From NCBI GenBank assembly GCA_964016885.1, contig OZ024741.1, positions 369,272,001-369,336,000 of the forward strand: a DNA stretch of 64,000 nucleotides, given 5' to 3'. Every line of letters starts with the position of its first letter. Position 1 is the first letter of the stretch. Positions 38,201 to 51,100 of this stretch are shown piece by piece. The notes beneath the pieces were generated by a model. It had not been told where the DNA came from and did not search any database. It was given only the letters and a program-made list of their open reading frames with translations. A program made the position numbers and the translations under genes. This DNA comes from Eledone cirrhosa. Its lineage: Eukaryota.

Positions 38201-41200
38201 TAACGACATGTCTGTAGTTTCAGAGCTGTGATCTCTCAATTCAGAGATTCTTTCCTGCGACATTGTAACCACATGTCATAATATCAGAGCTGTGATCTCT
38301 CAATTCAGAGATTCTTTACTGAGACATTCTAACCACATGTCTGTAGTATCAGAGCTGTGATCTCTCAATTCAAAGATTCTTTCCTGAGCCATTCTAACCA
38401 CATATCCATAGTATCAGAGCTGTGTTCTGTCAATCCAGTGATTCTTTACCGAGCCATTCTAACCACATATCCATAGTATCAGAGCTGTGATCTCTCAATT
38501 CAGAGATTCTTTCCTGAGACATTGTAACCACATGTCATAATACCAGAGCTGTGATCTCACAATTCAGAGATTCTTTCATGAGACATTGTAATTACATGTC
38601 CATAGTATCCAAGCTGTGATATCTCAATTCAGAGATTCTTTCCTGAGACATTTGAAATACATGTCCATAGTATCAGAGCTGTGATCTCTCAATTCAGAGA
38701 TTCGTTCCTTAGACATTCTAACCCCATGTCCATTGTATCAGAGCTGTGATCTCTCAATCCAGTGATTCTTTTCTGAGGCATTCTAACCACATGTCATAAC
38801 ATCAGAGCTGTGATCTCTCAATTCTTCAGAGCTTCTTTCCTGAGACATTCTACTTACATGTCCATAGTATTGGAGCTGTGATCACTCAATTCAGTGATTC
38901 TTTCCTGAGACATTCTAACCACATGTCTGTAGTTTCAGAGCTGTGATCTCACAATTCAGAGATTCTTTCCTGAGACATTCTAATTACATATACATAGTAT
39001 CAGAACTGTGATTTCTTAATTCAGAGATTCTTTCCTGAGACATTCTAACCACATGTCTGTAGTTTCAGAGCTGTGATCTCACAATTCAGAGATTCTTTCC
39101 TGAGACATTTGAACTACATGGCCATGGAGCTGTGATCTCTCAATTCAGAGATTCTTTCCTGAGCCATTCTAACCACATATCCATAGTATCAGAGCTGTGA
39201 TCTCTCAATTCAGTGATTCTATCCTGAGACATAGTAACCACACGTCATAATATCAGAGCTGTGATCTCTCAATTCAGAGATTCTTTCCTGAGACATTCTA
39301 ACCACAAGTCTGTAGTTTCAGAACTGTGATCTCACAATTCAGAGATTCTTTCCTGAGACATTCTAACCACATGTCTGTAGTTTCAGAGCTGTGATCTCAC
39401 AATTCAGAGATTCTTTCCTGAGACATTTGAACTACATGTCCATAGTATCAGAGCTGTGATCTCTCAATTCAGAGATTCTTTCCTGAGATATTCTAACTCC
39501 ATGTCCATAATATCAGAGCTGTGATTTCTCAATTCAGAGATTATTGCCTTAGACATTCTAACCACATATCCATAGTATCAGAACTGTGATCTCTCAATTC
39601 AGAGATTCTTTCCTGCGACATTGTAACCACATGTCATAGTATCAGAGCTGTGTTCTCTCAATCCAGTGATTCTTTCCCGAGCCATTCTAACCACATATCC
39701 ATAGTATCAGAGCTGTGATCTCTCAATTCAGAGATTCTTTCCTGAGCCATTCTAACCACATATCCATAGTATCAGAGCTGTGATCTCTCAATTCAGAGAT
39801 TCTTTCCTGAGACATTGTAACCACATGTCATAATACCAGAGCTAGGAACCCTCAATTCAGAGATTCTTTCCTTAGACATTTTAACCCCATGTCCATTGTA
39901 TCAGAGCTGTGATCTCTCAATCCAGTGATTCTTTCCTGAGGCATTCTAACCCCATGTCCATTGTATCAGAGCTGTGATCTCTCAATCCAGTGATTCTTTC
40001 CTGAGGCATTCTAAACACATGTCATAACATCAGAGCTGTGATCTCTCAATTCTTCAGAGATTCTTTCCTGAGACATTCTACTTACATGCCCATAGTATCG
40101 GAGCAGTGATTCTTTCCTGAGACATTCTAACCACATGTCTGTAGTTTCAGAGCTGTGATCTCACAATTAAGAGATTCTTTCCTGAGACATTCTAATTACA
40201 TGTCCATAGTATCAGAGCTATGATTTCTCAATTCAGAGATTCTTTCCTGAGACATTTGAACTACATGTCCATGGAGCTGTGATCTCTCAATTCAGAGATT
40301 CTTCCCTGAGACATTCTAACCACATGTCATAATATCAGAGCTGTGATCTGTCAATTCAGAGATTATTGCCTGAGACATTCTAACCCCATGTCCATAGAAT
40401 GACAGCTGTGATCTCTCAATCTAGTGATTCTTTCCTGAGACATTCTAACTCCATGTCCAAAGTATTGGAGCTGTGATCTCTCAGTTCAGAGATTCTTTCC
40501 TGAGACATTCTAACTACATGTCATAGCATCAGAGCTGTGATCTCTATATTTAGAGATTCTTTCCTGAGATATTCTAACTACATGTCATAGTATCAGAGCA
40601 GTGATCTCTATATTTAGAGATTCTTTCCTGAGATATTCTAACCACATGTCATAGTATCAAAGCTGTGATCTCTCAATTCAGAGATTCTTTTCTGAGACAT
40701 TCTAACCACATGTCATACTATTAGAGCTGTGATCTCTCAATTCAGAGATTCTTTCCTGAGACATTCTAACCCCATATCAATAGTATCAGATCTGTATTCT
40801 CTCAATCCAATTATTCTTTCCTGAGCCATTCTAACCACATATCCATAGTATCAGAGCTGTGATCTCTCAATTCAGACATTCTTTCCTGAGATATTCTAAC
40901 AACATGTCTGTAGTATCAGAGCTGTGATCTCTCAATTCAGAGATTCTTTCCTGAGCTATTCTAACAACATGTCTGTAGTGTCAGAGCTGTGATCTCTCAA
41001 TTCAGAGATTCTTTCCTGAGATATTCTAACAACATGTCTGTAGTGTCAGAGCTGTGATCTCTCAATTCAGAGATTCTTTCCTGAGATATTCTAACAACAT
41101 GTCTGTAGTATCAGAGTTGTGATCTCTCAATTCAGAGATTCTTTCCTGAGACATTCTAACCACGTCATAATACCAGTGCTTTGATCTCTCAATTCAGAGA

Positions 41201-42478
41201 TTCTTCCCTGAGATTTTCTAACCACATGTCTAGTATCAGAGCTCTGATCTCTAAATTCAGAGATTCTTTCCTGAGCCATTCTAACCACATATCCATAGTA
41301 TCAGAGCTGTGATCTCTCAATTCAAAGATTCTTTCCTGAGCCATTCTAACCACATATCCATATTATCAGAGCTCTGATCTCTCAATTCAGACATTCTTTC
41401 CTGAGACTTTCTAACACCATATCCATATTATCAGAGCTGTGTTCTCTCAATCCAGTGATTCTTTCCCAAGCCATTCTAACCACATATCCATAGTATCAGA
41501 GCTGTGATCTCTCAATTCAAAGATTCTTTCCTGAGCCATTCTAACCACATATCCATAGTATCAGAGCTGTGATCTCTCAATTCAGAGATTCTTTCCTGAG
41601 ACATTGTAACCACATGTCATAATACCAGAGCTGGGAATCCTCAATTCAGAGATTCTTTCCTGAAATATTCTAACCACATGTCTGTAGTATCAGAGCTGTG
41701 ATCTCACAATTCAGAGATTCTTTCCTGGGACATTGTAATTACATGTCCATAGTATCGGAGCTGTGATATCTCAATTCAGAGATTCTTTCCTGAGACATTT
41801 GAACTACATGTCCATAGTATCAGAGCTGTGATCTCTCAATTCAGAGATTCGTTCCTTAGACATTCTAACCCCATGTCCATTGTATCAGAGCTGTGATCTC
41901 TCAATCCAGTGACTCTTTCCGGAGGCATTCTAACCACATGTCATAACATCAGAGCTGTGATCTCTCAATTCTTCAGAGATTCTTTCCTGAGACATTCTAA
42001 CCACATGTCTATAGTTCAGAGCTGTGATCTCACAATTCAGAGATTCTTTCCTGAGACATTCTAATTACATGTCCATAGTATCAGAGCTATGATTTCTCAA
42101 TTCAGAGATTCTTTCCTGAGACATTTGAACTACATGTCCATGGAGATGTGATCTCTCAATTCAGAGATTCTTCCCTGAGACATTCTAACCACATGTCATA
42201 ATATCAGAGCTGTGATCTGTCAATTCAGAGATTATTGCCTGAGACATTCTAACTCCATGTCCATAGAATCACGGCTGTGATCTCTCAATCTAGTGATTCT
42301 TTCCTGAGACATTCTAACTCCATGTCCAAAATATTGGAGCTGTGATCTCTCAGTTCAGAGATTCTTTCCCGAGACATTCTAACTACATGTCATAGTATCA
42401 GAGCTGTGATCTCTATATTTAGAGATTCTTTCCTGAGATATTCTACTTACATGTCCATACTATTAGAGCTGTGATCTC

Positions 42479-43040
42479 GGGGTCACCACTTTAGCAGTAT
42501 TAGTTGTAGAGTAGTCGCCACTTTAGTAGGGTGGTAGAATCAGTGGTCGTTAGTTGCCAGTGTGGTAAGTGATAGTATCCTCGTTGGATTATCTTGTTGA
42601 CATAGACGTGAGGGAAGGTCCCTCGATCTATTTACCATCTATTCACAATATTCCTTTCCTCAGGTCGCCAATTCCAGCAGCATGGATTAAAGATGTTATT
42701 GAGACACGAGTAACATAACAACGACTTCAACCGCAGTAATTAGAGATGAAATGTTTGTTTATTTATATGGTTGAAGTTACAGATACAAAGAGGTTACAAA
42801 AATGGAATGTGCCATTGGCGTTAAGCCGGCGAGGCTAGTGGTGCAATATCTCACTGTTACATTATGCGTGTTGCTGGCTCGAAGTTTCTGGTACAAGCTA
42901 GTGATTCTTCAAATCTTCGCGGGGAATTTCTTCCTCAGGGTGCGTAGGGATACATCCTCTTCTACTGGCGCTGATTGGCTGAACTGAGCCAAATCACGCA
43001 CAGAGAATGTATGTGAGCCCGCGGAATGTAGGTCACTACA
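42479..43040 (-). repeat. 3' LTR, missing ~410 bp of its U5 end
   Basis: Starts TGTAGTGACC (minus strand) after the PPT; homology to the 5' LTR stops at GGTCACCA (42481-42488). Confidence 0.88.
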
Positions 43041-43052
43041 TCACCTCCAACC
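43041..43052 (-). promoter_or_regulatory. Polypurine tract
   Basis: Minus strand GGTTGGAGGTGA directly before TGTAGT of the 3' LTR. Confidence 0.7.
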
Positions 43053-44177
43053 AGATTTTCAGCCGAAAATCGATAACGAAGAAACCAAGGACCCACATAT
43101 TATTAAATCAGCAAGAACAAATGCTGAAAGAGCACATCAGTGAAAAAATAATTGAGCAGAAGGTTGCATGCAAGAACAAAAAATGAGGCGCTACGGGCCG
43201 TGTTGAGCCGCTGTGTCAAATGACCAGTTGTTTTGTTGTTTATACGTGACCGCCAAAGGTCTAACAAAAAACGGATAAAGTCTGACATGGGCGAGGTTGC
43301 TGTTCTTGCATTAAATGTTAATGGTAAGCGTTGTACCAGTAGCTGTGAACGAAGCTATTATGGTAGTTTATCAGTGCTGGCCACCAGATGTATTGTCGAA
43401 TGTGCTGTGGAGCCAGGAAAAAATGGCTGGTTGCTTTGTAAAGAACAAAAGGCAAGTTTAATCTGTAGATGGGTTGCAGTGTAAATTCCATAATTCGGGC
43501 GAATCCACAGAAGTGGCCGAAATGCTAACAAGTCTAGTTCAATTTGTTGCTTTCCCAGCGAGTCGGGCAAAAACAACAAGACGGATGGCCGTCATGGACG
43601 ATCAGTGTGCAACGAGATGCGAAGCTGTTTGAGTTCAGCTGCAATGTATTCTCGTGTTGCGGTGCCTGTTTGAATCCAGTGGATTAAGCTCTGTGAGCTG
43701 CTAGCATGTGACAGCATCTCAACCAGGTGAAAAGGGACTCGCAGAATATTACGTTTGAAGAACATATACCAAGAACAACATGTTGGTGTGTGATAAAAAA
43801 AATGTGTGCATATGCAGGCATGTAAAACAGCAAAGAATGTGAATGAACAAAAACCATGAGCAAGCAAATAGCAAAAGAGCACAAAACAAGTAAATGCATT
43901 CTACAAAGAAATATGTGAATGTAACAAACTGATAATTCAAAGTCAATCTAGGGGAGCAGAGAAATTGCTCAATAAGTTCAAAGTTTTTCAAAGTCAAATA
44001 GTTCACACATCACCAGTGTACAGACACTAGTTCTGTCCGAAAACTGAAAAAGAATTTTGTTAATGCCATTAGGGGTTAGATGTATGGTGTTTTTGTGAGA
44101 TTTCGTGGCCATTTTCCCGTCCCGCCACACGGTTGTGTTGCTTATTGTTAAAGCAAAGTCAAAGAATCTTCTGTAGA

Positions 44178-44190
44178 GTAGGAGTCACCA
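44178..44190 (-). promoter_or_regulatory. Primer-binding site, tRNA-Trp-like
   Basis: Minus strand TGGTGACTCCTAC versus TGGTGACCCCGAC, the complement of the metazoan tRNA-Trp 3' end (11/13 match). Confidence 0.75.
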
Positions 44191-44192
44191 AA

Positions 44193-45166
44193 TATGGCAG
44201 TCGCGTCAGACGCCATAATGGTGAGAAAACTACTGTCCCAATTTCTCGCGTCCCTGTGGTAACGAGACAGAAGGTATGGTAGTTGCGTTGGTAAAGTTAC
44301 AAGCCGTTTCGAAATTTCCGATGTGTGGTGGTTGGCGTTGGTAAGGTTATGAAGCTGCCACTCACTGTTCCCTGTATTGGTCAGTGGTTAAACAATGCTG
44401 TCGCTGCTGCTGTCATTGTTGTTGTCAAGCGTAGCCATGACATGTCGGTAGCAATCTTGAAATTTTTTCGTGGCGAAACAGTTTTTGAAATACTGCTAAT
44501 TTTTCAAAAATCTTAAGAGGAATATTCTGGATTTTTGCAAGTTGCGACGTGGCAATAAAAGTTAAACTGAATGAATAAGAAGGGCTGCGTGATATTCTTA
44601 CGTTGGTCACCACTTTAGCAGTATTGGTTATAGATGTTATCGTCACTTTAGCAGGGTGGTAGAATCAGTGGTCGTTAGTTGCCAGTGTGGTAAGTGATAG
44701 TATCCTCGTTGGATTATCTTGTTGCCATAGACGTGAGAGAAGGTCCCTCGATCTATTTACCATCTATTTACAATATTCCTTTCGTCAGGTCGGCAATTCC
44801 AGCAGCATGGATTAAAGATGTCATTGAGACACGAGTAACATAACAACGACTTCAACCGCAGTAATTAGAGATGAAATGTTTGTTTATTTATATGGTTGAA
44901 GTTACAGATAAAAAGTGGTTACAAAATGGAATGTGCCATTGCGCCGTTAAGCTGGCGAGGCTAGTGGTGCAATATCTCACTGTTACATTATGCGTGTTGC
45001 TGGCTCGAAGTTTCTGGTACAAGCTAGTGATTCTTCAAATCTTCGCGGGGAATTTCTTCCTCAGGGTGCGTAGGGATACATCCTCTTCTACTGGCGCTGA
45101 TTGGCTGAACTGAGCCAAATCACGCACAGAGAATGTATGTGAGCCCGCGGAATGTAGGTCACTACA
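44193..45166 (-). repeat. Complete 5' LTR (~970 bp)
   Basis: From TGTAGTGACC at 45166 to just before the PBS (inner end uncertain by about 2 nt); AATAAA on the minus strand at ~44883-44888. Confidence 0.8.
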
Positions 45167-48100
45167 GTATCAGAGCTGTGATCTCTATATTTAGAGATTC
45201 TTTCCTGAGATATTCTACTTACATGTCCATACTATTAGAGCTGTGATCTCTCAATTCAGAGATTCTTTCCTGAGACATTCTAACCCCATATCCATAGTAT
45301 CAAATCTGTGTTCTCTCAATCCAGTGATTCTTTCCCGAGCCATTCTAACCACATATCCATAGTATCAGAGCTGTGATCTCTCAATTCAGACATTCTTTCC
45401 TGAGAGATTCTAACCACATGTCATAATACCAGAGCTGTGAACCCTCAATTCAGAGATTCTTTCCTGAAATATTCTAACCACAGTTTCAGAGCTGTGATCT
45501 CACAATTCAGAGATTCTTTCCTGAGATATTCTAACATCATGTCTGTAGTATCAGAGCTGTGATCTCTCAATTCAGAGATTCTTTCCTGAGATATTCTAAC
45601 AACATGTCTGTATTATCAGAGCTGTGATCTCTCAATTCAGAGATTCTTTGTTGAGATATTCTAACAACATGTCTGTAGTATCAGAGCTGTGATCTCTCAA
45701 TTCAGAGATTCTTTCCTGAGACATTTTAACCACGTCATAATACCAGTGCTTTGATCTCTCAATTCAGAGATTCTTTGTTGAGATTTTCTAACCACATGTC
45801 TGTAGTATCAGAGCTGTGATCTCTCAATTCAAAGATTCTTTCCTGAGCCATTCTAACCACATATCATAAATTATCAGAGCTGTGATCTCTCAATTCAGAG
45901 ATTCTTTCCTGAGACATTCTAACCCCATATCCATAGTATCAGAGCTGTGTTCTCTCAATCCAGTGATTATTTCCCGAGTCATTCTAACCACATGTCATAA
46001 TACCAGAGCTAGGAACCCTCAATTCAGAGATTCTTTCCTTAGACATTCTAACCCCATGTCCATTGTATCAGAGCTGTGATCTCTCAATCCAGTGATTCTT
46101 TCCTGAGGCATTCTAACCACATGTCATAACATCAGAGCTGTGATCTCTCAATTCTTCAGAGATTCTTTCCTGAGACATTCTACTTACATGTCCATAGTAT
46201 TGGAGCTGTGATCACTCAATTCAGTGATTCTTTCCTGAGACAATCTAACCACATGTCTGTAGTTTCAGAGCTGTGATCTCACAATTGAGAGATTCGTTCC
46301 TGAGACATTCTAATTACATATCCATAGTATCAGAACTGTGATTTCTCAATTCAGAGATTCTTTCCTGAGACATTTGAACTACATGTCCATGGAGCTGTGA
46401 TCTCTCAATTCAGAGTTTCTTTCCTGAGCCATTCTAACCACATATCCATAGTATCAGAGCTGTGATCTCTCAATTCAGTGATTCTTTCCTGAGACATTGT
46501 AACCACACGTCATAATATCAGAGCTGTGATCTCTCAATTCAGAGATTCTTTCCTGAGCCATTCTAACCACATATCCATAGTATCAGAGCTGTGATCTCTC
46601 AATTCAGTGATTCTTTCCTGAGACATTGTAACCACACGTCATAATATCAGAGCTGTGATCTCTCAATTCAGAGATTCTTTCCTGAGACATTCTAACTCCA
46701 TGTCCATAGTATCAGAGCTGTGATTTCTCAATTCAGAGATTATTGCCTTAGACATTCTAACCACATATCCATAGTATCAGAGCTGTGATCTCTCAATTCA
46801 GAGATTCTTTCCTGAGATGTTCTAACCACATGTCTGTAGTTTCAGAGCTGTGATCTCTCAATTCAGAGAATCTTTCCTGCGACATTGTAACCACATGTCA
46901 TAATATCAGAGCTGTGATCTCTCAATTCAGAGATTCATTGCTGAGACATTCTAAACCCATGTCCATAGTATCGGAGCTGTGATCTCTCAATTCAGAGATT
47001 CTTTCCTGAGCCATTCTAACCACATGTCATAATATCAGAGCTGTGATCTCTCAATTCAGAGATTCTTTCCTGAGACATTCTAACCACATATCCATAGTAT
47101 CAGAGCTGTGATCTCTCAATTCAGAGATTCTTTCCTGAGCCATTCTAACCACATATCCATAGTATCAGAGCTGTGATCTCCCAATTCAGAGATTCTTTCC
47201 TGAGACATTGTAACCACATGTCATAATACCAGAGCTAGGAACCCTCAATTCAGAGATTCTTTCCTTAGACATTCTAACCCCATGTCCATTGTATCAGAGC
47301 TGTGATCTCTTAATCCAGTGATTCTTTCCTGAGGCATTCTAACCACATGTCATAACATCAGAGCTGTGATCTCTCAATTCTTCAGAGATTCTTTCCTGAG
47401 ACATTCTACTTACATGCCCATAGTATCGGAGCTGTGATCACTCAAATCAGTGATTCTTTCCTGAGACATTCTAACCAAATGTCTGTAGTTTCAGAGCTGT
47501 GATCTCACAATTCAGAGATTCTTTCCTGAGACATTCTAATTACATGTCCATAGTATCAGAGCTATGATTTCTCAATTCAGAGATTCTTTCCTGAGACATT
47601 TGAACTACATGTCCATGGAGCTGTGATCTCTCAATTCAGAGATTCTTCCCTGAGACATTCTAATCACATGTCATAATATCAGAGCTGTGATCTGTCAATT
47701 CAGAGATTATTGCCTGAGACATTCTAATCCCATGTCCATAGAATCACAGCTGTGATCTCTCAATCTAGTGATTCTTTCCTGAGACATTCTAAATCCATGT
47801 CCAAAGTATTGGAGCTGTGATCTCTCAGTTCAGAGATTCTTTCCTGAGACATTCTCACTACATGTCATAATATCAGAGCTGTGATCTCTATATTTAGAGA
47901 TTCTTTCCTGAGATATTCTAACTACATGTCACAGTATCAGAGCTGTGATCTCTATATTTAGAGATTCTTTCCTGAGATATTCTAACCACATGTCATAGTA
48001 TCAAAGCTGTGATCTCTCAATTCAGAGATTCTTTCCTGAGACATTCTAACCCCATATCCATAGTATCAGAGCTGCGTTCTCTCAATCCAGTGATTCTTTC

Positions 48101-51100
48101 CCGAGCCATTCTAACCACATATCAATAGTAACAGGGCTGTGATCTCTCAATTCAGAAATTCTTTCCTGAGACATTCTAACCACATGTCTGTAGTATCAGA
48201 GCTGTGAACCCTCAATTCAGAGATTCTTTCCTGAAATATTCTAACCACATGTCTGTAGTATCAGAGCTGTGATCTCACAATTCAGAGATTCTTTCCTGAG
48301 CCATTCTAACCACATATCCATAGTATCAGAGCTGTGATCTCTCAATTCAGAGATTCTTTCCTGAGACATTCTAACCACATGTCATAATATCAGAGCTGTG
48401 ATCTCTCAATTCATAGATTCTTTCCTGAGACATTCTAACCACATGTCATAATATCAGAGCTGTGATCTCTCAATTCATAGATTCTTTACTGATACATTCT
48501 AACCACATGTCTGTAGTTTCAGAACTGTGATCTCACAATTCAGAGATTCTTTCCTGAGACATTCTAACCACATGTCTGTAGTTTCAGAGCCTTGATCTCA
48601 CAATTCAGAGATTCTTTCCTGAGACATTTGAATTTATTGTCCATAGTATCAGAGCTGTGATCTCACAATTCAGAGATTCTTTCCTGAGACATTCTAACCC
48701 CATGTCCATAGTATCAGAGCTGTGATTTCTCAATTCAGAGATTATTGCCTGAGACATTCTAACCACATATCCATAGTATCAGAGCTGTGATCTCTCAATT
48801 TAGAGATTCTTTCCTGAGACGTTCAAGCGACATGTCAGTAGTTTCAGAGCTGTGATCTCTCAATTCAGAGATTCTTTCCTGCGACATTGTAACCACATGT
48901 CATAATATCAGAGCTGTGATCTCTCAATTCAGAGATTCTTTGCTGAGAAATTCTAACCGCATGTCTGTAGTTTCAGAACTGTGATCTCACAATTCAGAGA
49001 TTCTTTCCTGAGACATTCTAACCACATATCCATATTATCAGAGCTGTGATCTCTCAATTCAGACATTCTTTCCTGAGACATTCTAACACCATATCCATAG
49101 TATCAGAGCTGTGTTCTCTCAATCCAGTGATTCTTTCCCGAGCCATTCTAACCACATATCCATAGTATCAGAGCTGTGATCTCTCAATTCAGAGATTCTT
49201 TCCTGAGCCGTTCTAACCACATATCCATAGTATCAGAGCTGTGATCTCTCAATTCAGAGATTCTTTCCTGAGACATCGTAACCACATGTCATAATACCAG
49301 AGCTGGGAATCCTCAATTCAGAGATTCTTTCTGAAATATTCTAACCACATGTCTGTAGTATCAGAGCTGTGATCTGACAATTCAGAGATTCTTTCCTGAG
49401 ACATTGTAATTACATGTCCATAGTATCGGAGCTGTGATATCTCAATTCAGAGATTCTTTCCTGAGACATTTGAACTACATGTCCATAGTATCAGAGCTGT
49501 GATCTCTCAATTCAGAGATTCGTTCCTGAGACATTGTAACCACATGTCATAATACCAGAGCTGTGATCTCTCAATTCAGAGATTCGTTCCTTAGACATTC
49601 TAATCCCATGTCCTTTGTATCAGAGCTGTGATCTCTCAATCCAGTGATTCTTTCCAGAGGCATTCTAACCAAATGTCATAACATCAGAGCTGTGATCTCT
49701 CAATTCTTCAGAGATTCTTTCCTGAGACATTCTACTTACATGTCCATAGTATCGGAGCTGTGATCACTCAATTCAGTGAATCTTTCCTGAGACATTCTAA
49801 CCACATATCCATATTATCAGAGCTGTGATCTCTCGATTCAGACATTCTTTCCTGAGACATTCTAACACCATATCCATAGTATCAGAGCTGTGTTCTCTCA
49901 ATCCAGTGATTCTTTCCCGAGCCATTCTAACCACATATCCATAGTATCAGAGCTGTGATCTCTCAATTCAGAGATTCTTTCCTGAGCCGTTCTAACCACA
50001 TATCCATAGTATCAGAGCTGTGATCTCTCAATTCAGAGATTCTTTCCTGAGACATCGTAACCACATGTCATAATACCAGAGCTGGGAATCCTCAATTCAG
50101 AGATTCTTTCTGAAATATTCTATCCACATGTCTGTAGTATCAGTGCTGTGATCTGACAATTCAGAGATTCTTTCCCGAGACATTGTAATTACATGTCCAT
50201 AGTATCGGAGCTGTGATATCTCAATTCAGAGATTCTTTCCTGAGACATTTGAACTACATGTCCATGGAGCTGTGATCTCTCAATTCAGAGATTCTTCGGT
50301 GAGACATTCTAACAACATGTCATAATATCAGAGCTGTGATCTGTCAATTGGGAGATTATTGCCAGAAACATTCTAACCCCATGTCAATAGAATCACGGCT
50401 GTGATCTCTCAATCTAGTGATTCTTTCGTGAGACGTTCTAACTCCATGTCCAAAGTATTGGAGCCGTGATCTCTCAGTTCAGAGATTCTTTCCTGAGACA
50501 TTCTAACTCCATGTCCAAAGTATTGGAGCTGTGATCTCTCAATTTAGAGATTCTTTCCTGAGACGTTCAAGCGACATGTCTGTAGTTTCAGAGCTGTGAT
50601 CTCTCAATTCAGAGATTCTTTCGTGAGACATTCTAACCACATGTCATAATATCAGAGCTGTGTTCTCTCAATTCATAGATTCTTTCCTGAGACTTTCTAA
50701 CCACATGTCATAATATCAGAGCTGTGATCTCACAATTCATAGATTCTTTCCTGAGACATTCTAACCACATGTCTGTAGTTTCAGAGCCGTGATCTCACAA
50801 TTCAGAGATTCTTTCCTGAGACATTTGAACTTATTGTCCATAGTATCAGAGCTGTGATCTCACAATTCAGAGATTCTTTCCTGAGACATTCTAACCCCAT
50901 GTCCATAGTATCAGAGCTGTGATTTCTCAATTCAGAGATTATTGCCTTAGACATTCTAACCACATATCCATAGTATCAGAGCTGTGATCTCTCAATTTAG
51001 AGATTCTTTCCTGAGACGTTCAAGCGACATGTCTGTAGTTTCAGAGCTGTGATCTCTCAATTCAGAGATTCTTTCCTGCGACATTGTAACCACATGTCAT

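Larger units (their letters stand above)
42479..45166 (-). mobile_element. Non-autonomous LTR retroelement (2.7 kb): complete 5' LTR, tRNA-Trp-like PBS, ~1.15-kb non-coding interior, PPT, truncated 3' LTR
   Basis: Direct repeats 42481-43040 and 44605-45166, PPT adjacent to 43040, PBS at 44178-44190, no recognisable gag/pol motif in the interior. Confidence 0.9.
42395..45250. repeat. 84-bp direct duplication flanking the LTR element (42395-42478 and 45167-45250)
   Basis: The same 84-bp variant string on both sides, identical to that at the solo LTR. Confidence 0.85.

Noticed and set aside
42477-42488. tRNA gene or tRNA-derived SINE
   Set aside because: Only the terminal 12 nt match, including CCA; no cloverleaf or A/B boxes.
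43103-44646. Short ORFs in the LTR element as gag/env or captured genes
   Set aside because: All under 100 aa, overlapping on both strands, with no recognisable domain motif.
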